Below are positions 56,356 through 64,000 of a stretch of DNA of 64,000 nucleotides, one piece after another. The notes under the pieces are model-generated. The model saw only the letters and a program-made list of their open reading frames with translations. It had not been told where the DNA came from and ran no database searches. The DNA is from Eledone cirrhosa (taxonomy: Eukaryota). The stretch spans positions 19,902,001 to 19,966,000 of the forward strand of contig OZ024746.1 of the NCBI GenBank assembly GCA_964016885.1, written 5' to 3'. How positions within the stretch are numbered: the stretch's first letter is position 1; every line of letters starts with the position of its first letter. The position numbers and the translations under genes were made by a program.

Positions 56356-57150
56356 CGTTTCTGAATTTGTTTAGCAAGATTCTTTATCTGAAATCGTGTG
56401 TTGAAACCGATATTGTTATACTTTGGGAGGGTCATGTTGCCAATAAGAAACACACGCACCAGTTGCTTTCACTTCAATTTATTATTATAATAAATTTATA
56501 ATAAATTAATAAATTTATAAATTTCTGGTTGGTTGGCTGGTTCCACAACCAGATAGTTGTTTATATATTGTCATAGTTCTTTCGTCACACACTCTGTGAC
56601 CTCTTCAGTGACTGGGGATTCCTTTCTTTGTTTCTGTGCCTCTCCTTTGTTCTGTCCTACGCCATTTTGTTTCTGTGTGTGTGTTGTGTGCTCAGTCTGC
56701 GCATGCGCCACATCCGGGTGTCTGTGTGTGTTTATGTTCATTTATTTATTTGTTTGTTTACATGTTACTGGTTGGTTGTTTGTTCTATGTGTGTGTGTGT
56801 TTTCATTTTGTCCTTAATTGTAAGTTGTGATGTTGCTGTTCCACTCATATTTTCTATTTAATTTTGGTTGTAATTCTTTTATGTTTATTGCCTCTGTAAT
56901 TTGTCTAAACATAAATAAAAAAATAAATAATGACATAAATGGGACCTGCCCCTTGTATAGGAGCAAATTTTGGAATAGAATAGAAAGAACTAGGAACAAG
57001 GCTAATAGAATAAACTCATGGTATGATAGCAATAAATACCAGAGTGTAATGTTCATCGATACAACCCCTAGAGGTGAATTAGCTTACAAATTTAGAAGGG
57101 CCCTAAATAAACATAAACTCAATATTAAGATAGTAGAAAGACCAGGTACC
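56356..57150 (-). mobile_element. PLE copy with 5' inversion/deletion
   Basis: 56356-56908 = reverse complement of about 40337-40822 plus a 55-bp tail; 56922-57150 = direct copy of about 39773-39998. Confidence 0.88.
56570..56613 (-). ncRNA. minimal type I hammerhead ribozyme (PLE pLTR copy)
   Basis: Same core and stems as 40633-40677. Confidence 0.72.
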
Positions 57151-57289
57151 TTTTTGCTCAGAATACTCCCTCAAACATAAGTATTACATGTGTAAAGTTT
57201 GAAAACAGTCGGTTGGGTACTTCTCTAGTTTTAGGGATTCAAACTCACACACACACACAGACAGACATCCTCAGTTTTATATATATAGA
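57151..57289 (-). mobile_element. Helitron 5' end fragment
   Basis: Minus strand TCTATATATATAAAACTGAGGATGTCTGTCTGTGTG, a typical non-autonomous Helitron start. Confidence 0.55.
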
Positions 57290-58376
57290 CTAGCAGAAAA
57301 CCACCCGGTGGGCGGTTTTCTGCTAGCAAATCTAGTGTATATACTGATATTGTTGAGATTTGGATGAGAAATGTTTTCGGCACCACATGTTCACTGTCTC
57401 TCGGTGTGTCTTTTATGCATGTATAAATATATATGTTATCAATACGGTGAAATCTTTGAAATAAATATATGTTAAAACGAAAAAGGAGAAAATAAATAAC
57501 TGGCGGTTAGAAAAAAATATTCCTATGAAATTTTAATCATACCATTAGGTGTGAATAAGGAAATATTTTTTTTATTGTCAAAACAAATGTTCAAAAGTTT
57601 AACTTCAATTTTTTGAATTATTTCCAATTTTTTCATGAAATTGAACACTGGACATTGGCTGCTGGAAATGGAAATTAAATCGTATTTAATTGTATTTAAA
57701 TTTCTAACCTTATTTTATTATTTATATTTTTTCAATAAGAAATAAAAAAAAAATTAAAAAAAATTGAAAAAAAAAATTGAACAAATCAAACGTAGGTTAT
57801 GGAACTGCGCAATCTGATTAATAAATTACCTCATCAGCAGCAACCTTCTTCAAATGGTCCTTATTATCAGCAGCAACAACCACAAATTCAATGGCAACCT
57901 TCTTCAAACCACAAATTCAATGGCAACCTTCTTCAAATGGTCCTTATTATCAGCAGCAACAACCACAAATTCAATGGCAACCTTCTTCAAACCACAAATT
58001 CAATGGCAACCTTCTTCGCATGGTGTCAAGTCAGAACCGCCTCGAACTGGTTACTTCTGGCTTGTGCAAGGTGTCTCTATAGCAACCAGCGATTCCCTCG
58101 GCCTCAGTGACCAAAGTCAGTGGAGAGGGGAAGGTAATGTTTCTATAGCGACAGTGTTTCTCTTGGTAGTACCAAAGTGGAGAAAGGAAGGGGAAGGTAA
58201 TATTTCTGTAGCACGTGTTTTAGCGTTTATTCACTCTCTCTCTCTCTCCCTCTCTCCCTCCCGCTATCCCCCTCTCGTAATCTGTCTCTTTCTTTCACTC
58301 TCACTCTCTCTCTACGCACGTGTTTCCACTATCGGACAGACAGACAGAGAAATTACTGGTTATATATATAAGTAGA
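57290..58376 (-). mobile_element. non-autonomous Helitron with internal 54/29-bp repeat
   Basis: Minus strand A|TCTACTTATATATATA..(CTGT)n ... hairpin-CTAG|T. Confidence 0.65.
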
Positions 58377-58397
58377 TAGATAAGGCGGTAAGTGTAA

Positions 58398-58462
<65 letters not shown>

Positions 58463-58466
<4 letters not shown>

Positions 58467-59394
58467 AAAGTTTTATTTAAAATTGTTGGGTTACAACAAG
58501 TAAATATTTTATAACTGATATAAAGTACTCGACAAGTTTTGGGAGTAGATATACGATATTAAACAAATGGAAACTATATTTATAAAACCATATTTATTTC
58601 ATTATACATATTTCAGGGATACCATATTAAAAATATGGCATGCCTTCGTCAGATAAAATACAATATATAAACAGTTTTATAAATAATTTTGACGTACCAT
58701 AAATATAAGCGACATTAAGGTAGGAAGCTGGTTTGGTAGTGAAGTGTTTATAAATATTTAGTGTTAAGCACAGTTATAAAGAAAGACGGAGAAAAAGAAG
58801 AAATGTATGTAAAGAAAAACAGAGAGAAATAGAGAGAGATAGGGGAGAGAGAAATAGGGAGGAGGTGAAAAAAGAGAGGCAACCGAAGGCAACAGATGAA
58901 TAAAAATAATTCATCATACAAATTGAGAGATTTAAGAGGGAGGGAGTACGGTAATTATTTAGTTATAGTGTTAAGCACAGTTAGAGAAGAGACGGAAAGA
59001 AAGAAAAAATGGAGATGAAGAGAAAACAGAGAGAGAGAGAGAGAGAGGTGGGAGGAAAAGAAAGAGGGAGAAAAAATAATAATAATTATATAGGGGGAGG
59101 TGAAAATCAAGAGAGAAATAAGAGAGAAACATGAGAGGCAAAGTCAAAACGACAGATACATAAACTTCATCATATATAAAGAGAGAGGAGAAGAAAGAGC
59201 TATATCTAGAGAGAGGGATGATAGAGTTACATCTTTACGTCATGTCCTATCAATTTGAATTATCAATTCATATGAACTGGGTAATATAATGTAAATATCA
59301 ATATTCATGAATGAGACATAGATATATAATCCCTGAAATATGTATAATGAAATAAATATGGTTTTATAAATATAGTTTCCATTTGTTTAATATC

Positions 59395-59396
<2 letters not shown>
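58463..59396 (-). mobile_element. non-coding hammerhead-bearing element with 68-bp inverted terminus, between (TA)n tracts
   Basis: 58553-58620 is the exact reverse complement of 59329-59396. Confidence 0.7.
58595..58660 (-). ncRNA. type I hammerhead ribozyme, canonical core, long stem II
   Basis: TATTTTAT-CTGACGA-AGG c ATGCCATATT ttt AATATGGTAT c CCT-GAAA-TATGTA-TA-ATGAAATA. Confidence 0.72.
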
Positions 59397-59454
<58 letters not shown>

Positions 59455-60095
59455 GGATTTATTGAGGTGTTTAGATGATTTGAAATGTTGAAATGAAATC
59501 CAAACACAGATTTACTACAAATATCATAGCGAAAATCAGTAATTTGATTGTGACGGCGATGAATTTGTTTTGCAGGTTTTTGATATGAAATCGTCTGTTG
59601 AAACAAGTATTGTTATATTTGGAGAGGGTCATGTCTGTTGGTTAATTAATTATAAACATTTATTGCCGGTTGAATTAATTATAGAAATATGAAATATACT
59701 GAAGCGAAAAAACAACCCCAACCAAACAGTGAGTGTGTTTTACCATATATTTTTCTTTCAATATTATAACATAACCCTTCCCAAATATAATAGTAGCAAT
59801 TTGATTCTTTCCTCGAAATTCCAAACCTCTGTTAAGAAAGCTGATAACAGTCATGTTTTTTTGTGAACTATGCTGATTACGTATGCTGTCACCTATCCTA
59901 ATTAATTTTTTTGCTAGTGGTATCCACCTGAATGTGATAGGGTCAATATCTTTGTTAGAACTCCATTAAGTGCAGAAGTAATAATTCCAACGAGATCAGG
60001 TGATGAGGGTTCTTGTTTTTGTAGTAGGCTTTCATCATATCGGATTTGGTTGAACTTTTAAACGAGCTACTGAGTCATATGTATGTACGTATGTA

Positions 60096-60515
60096 TGTAG
60101 CGAAATCTGTCCACGCCTTGAACCTTGGGTGACACCTAAAGGTCAAACTCTACGTCACCACCCTTTTGGTGTGAACAGGTTCATGCGTGGGCTATCCCCT
60201 CAAGGTGGGAGACAGAAAGCGACAGGTATATAAAGCCTATATTTTCCCCACCTTAGATACAGAGCGATCGGAGTAGTACGCTATTACAAGCTATGTGAAA
60301 GATTCACCGCTATCTACAGGCCACAGTGGTCTACAGTCAACTACAGACCATTCAGAGGTCTACAGACCATTACCCCCCCCCCCCTCTCACCTGGTCACAG
60401 ACTACACCAGCCTCATAAACTAACAATAAAATAACATTGTCAACCCTCGCAACTCGTAGTAACTTGTTTATTGTTCTTTTTGTCTGAAGTTAAGTAAACC
60501 TTTATATATAAAGTA
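60096..60515 (+). mobile_element. partial LTR related to 19583-20382
   Basis: TGTAGCGAAATCTGTCCACGCCTTGAACCTTGGGTGA... colinear with the LTR family. Confidence 0.7.
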
Positions 60516-60524
60516 AATCGGCCT

Positions 60525-61035
60525 GGGGAAATCCCAATTGACAACGGGGTAAAGCAAGGTGATATTCCTGCTCCTACGCTTTTCTCCATCTTCTTTGTTG
60601 CCTTGCTCACACATCCTTTCCATGATTGTGACAGAGGCATTCTTTTACGATTCAGAACCACTGGAAAGGTTTTCAACTTAAGAAGGTTTAATGCCGAGAC
60701 AAAAACTTGTCAAGTTCTGATCAGAGACCTTCTTTACACCGACGACGTTTATTTCCTAGAACACACAGAAGCTGACATGCAACACATTATGGACCGTTTC
60801 TTATCCTCGTGTACAGCATTTGGACTTACAATCAACCGTAAAAAGATCAAAGTAATGTTTACCCCTGCTCCTGGAGGTCCATATACTGAACCCAATATCA
60901 TGGTTGATGGAACCAGGCTGGGAGCAGTAGAAAAATTTGTCTACTTGTGTAACACACTCTCAAATGATGGCTCCTTGGATGCTGAAATACATCTGCGCAT
61001 CCAGAAGGCCTCTGTTGCCTTCGGAAAATTGGAAA
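60525..61035 (+). mobile_element. RTE RT fragment
   Basis: GVKQGDIPAPTLF, DLLYTDD, FVYL; paralog of 9298-9775. Confidence 0.85.
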
Positions 61036-61206
61036 TCAATATCTTGACTAACCGATAGTAGTTGTGGAACTCCATATTATTAGTCAAGATATTATAGATC
61101 CATCACATAGTTTCTGACGATGACGGTGAGATGGATCTATTTTATCAAGACTAATAATAATATATGGAGTTACATAACTATTATCGGTTAGTCACTATAT
61201 TGATTT
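61033..61206. repeat. 174-bp imperfect palindrome
   Basis: Arms of about 75-80 bp around a loop of about 19 nt. Confidence 0.8.
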
Positions 61207-61610
61207 ATCATGATCAATCAACCATCTGAAACGGTCATAAAACCATGAAGTGATTAAGCACTAAACTTCTTTTGTTTTCATTGTTTACACCATACTATAC
61301 TTACATAATACTACACAACACTTCTATAATAAACCACGTGAAACGTACTCCAGTTGCACTATACTTTTGTATTGTTTAACTTATACAAAGTCTACAGTAG
61401 CTATAGTGGAGTGTAATACTGTAAAAGTGTTGTGTAGTGCTGGAAGTGGAATTAATGCTTTCATAGTTCATTTAGATGTTATTTATGTTTTAACGCCACA
61501 ACATATATTACAAGTAGTCCAATATATTTTTCGTGTATTTTTGTTTGTTTGGGATTATTTTAAGTTAGAAACATAACAACATTTTCTCTGTGTGTGAGGA
61601 GTCTGTGTGT

Positions 61611-61720
<110 letters not shown>

Positions 61721-62924
61721 CTACTAACAGTGGATGTTGTTTTTAAGCACAAGTATATATTTCCGGTACAATAATTGTAAGTAGGCCGACTATACTTATG
61801 GTCAAGATTTAACCTTTTGACCTTTCCTCTGACTTAATACTTGAATTTGCCGCCAAAAGCCTTGGAAACCTAGTTGACCATATTAATTGAGGATATCAAA
61901 TTTCTCACTAAAACAACTGGATGTGGCATGGCTAGAGATGACTAACTAATACTAATATACCTGTATGAAGCCATGTTTGGTACAATACAGAATTTACAAA
62001 GCAAACAGTTCTGGCTCCCAACAGTAAACTGGATTTTCTTCTGCCCAACTGATAACAATGGACTACCAAGATCACCTTTGAGTCAAAAACAAAAAAAACA
62101 CATTTTTTCTTCTCTGCTTTTCCTCCTTAAAGCCTCTTGGAATGTGTTTACCATCATTCCTTTGATATATAACTATTATGCAATATACACATAATGATGT
62201 CACCAGATTCATACGTAACCTGGCCACTGAAATGGGCATAGTGTTTGTAGAAATAAAAATTTGAATGAATTAAACCTGGATAAAAAAAAATTCAAAGAAT
62301 TCAACTCGACAGTTTCTGCTTTAACTGTTAAATTTTGCGGCTTTGTATGGCAGCTATTGACACGAGGACCCCCGGGTTAAATCAAGAGGTTAAAGATGCC
62401 ATCTGAGCAAAGAAAGAGGCTCACAAAGTTTGGTTGAGTTAACAAAGTGCAAACTTGTGTCACTGCCTTAGCTCAGTGTCATTCAATGGCTCTAGACACC
62501 TAGACGAAGAATAAGACTGAAATCACCACTATAGGCATTGTTTAAATTAAAACAAATCTTATTATTTAACAGACTTCAAATACGCCTACAGTTCTAATAG
62601 AAAAAAAAGGTCAATATAGCAAACAGTAGAGCAGATTGTCCATTAGAGGTATATGAATATAAGTAACGATAGAATAGTAACACGTTTAGATTTTACTCAC
62701 GATATTGATCACACAACTAACATTTAAAATATAGATTCTAAAAGGCAACTGTGTAACAGCTGTGCTAAGAAGACGTTTTTATATCAGTTTTTAGATAAAT
62801 TCCAATGGTATTTATATCTTTCCTTTATATTCGCAAATTCGATGAAATCGAGCTATTTTCTTTTTCTTGGTGCTAAAAATATGAAAGGCTGAATAAAAAA
62901 TTACTTGAATTTAAAACGTATGCA

Positions 62925-63350
62925 AATAATTGTTTCTGATTTAGACACAAGACTAACAATTTGGGGGAGGAGAAAGTCAATTAAATTGAACCCCAGTGCA
63001 TTACTGGCACTTTATTTTATCGACACCGTAAGGATGAAGGGCAAAGCTAACCTCGGTGGGATTTGAACTTAAAACTTAAAGGGACGTAACTAGATGCCGC
63101 AAAACATTGCTCTACCGATTACTGTCAATCCATTCACCGCCTTCAACGTATGTAAATAATTGTTTCTACTTTTTGCAGCATAGAGTTATGGTCCTTTATG
63201 ATCTGAGTTTAAATCCCGCCGGGTTAACTTTGCCTTTCATCCTTACGAGGTCGATAAAATAAAGTACCAGTCACGCACTGAGGTCGATTTAATCGACTTT
63301 CCCTTTCCCCAAAATTGCTGCCCTTGTGCCTATATAAGAAACCATTATTA
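62925..63350. mobile_element. two oppositely oriented SINE family A copies
   Basis: 62925-63141 minus and 63175-63350 plus match the consensus. Confidence 0.78.
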
Positions 63351-63959
63351 ACATTATCATTACATTAACATCAATATAAATAATAGTAATTTTTTAAACC
63401 GGATTTTTTGTTGTATTTTCATGAAAAAAGCTCAATTTTCATTTAGCTTAGGAACTCAGCAGGGATATTTAAAACTTCAAAAGTGAGAGTGGCAGTTAGA
63501 GACAGAAGAGTAAGAATACAAAAGACACACCCAAGCCTAATATTGTTGAGCAGTGAAGCGTGAAAGATTAAACCAGAGTAAGCACTGACAGGATAAAAGG
63601 CACAAGACAGACTTTTGACAATCCCAAGTCAGCCCAGATCAGGAAGATAGTCGTCTAAATGGCGAGAGGTGACTCAGAAAATCTGACAAGCTAACGTGGA
63701 AGCCTATTCTATGCGATCGACCGACTTGTGAGACTTGACAACTAATTCTTCTTCTTCAACTACTACTTACCTTACCATCTTAGAAATCATTACATATTTA
63801 GGATAAACCAATACGAGCAGTTGTGGCTGTGTTCAAAAGGTGTTTTATATTTTGTTATATAGAAACATCAATGTAACATGTGTGGAGATTTATGAGTTCT
63901 TATTACGACTTGCCTTTCAAATCAAACAGTAGAGAAATAAACAAACAAACAAACGTGTA

Positions 63960-63999
<40 letters not shown>

Positions 64000-64000
64000 A

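Overview
AT-rich eukaryotic (animal) non-genic DNA made almost entirely of transposable elements and microsatellites. The SINE/RTE/Penelope repertoire resembles what I recall of octopod cephalopods (inference). No host exon, rRNA, tRNA gene or CRISPR array is supportable. Main contents: a disrupted RTE LINE (8.0-10.4 kb); a 5'-truncated Penelope-like element (PLE) with RT, C-terminal GIY-YIG endonuclease and a hammerhead-bearing pseudo-LTR (38.4-40.8 kb); an internally deleted L1/Tx1 element (42.4-46.7 kb); R4/Dong-like and CRE-like endonuclease fragments; bipartite RTE-derived short elements; two tRNA-derived SINE families; non-autonomous Helitrons; MITEs; a non-coding LTR element; and a 55-bp satellite whose unamplified monomer lies next to it. 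The most striking signal is a set of unrelated minimal type I hammerhead ribozyme motifs (about 6 with intact cores, several more degenerate). They sit in non-coding elements in or beside (TA)n/(TG)n tracts, often with inverted termini, suggesting a microsatellite-targeted PLE plus non-autonomous retrozyme-like partners. All alignments and folds were done by eye and boundaries are approximate.
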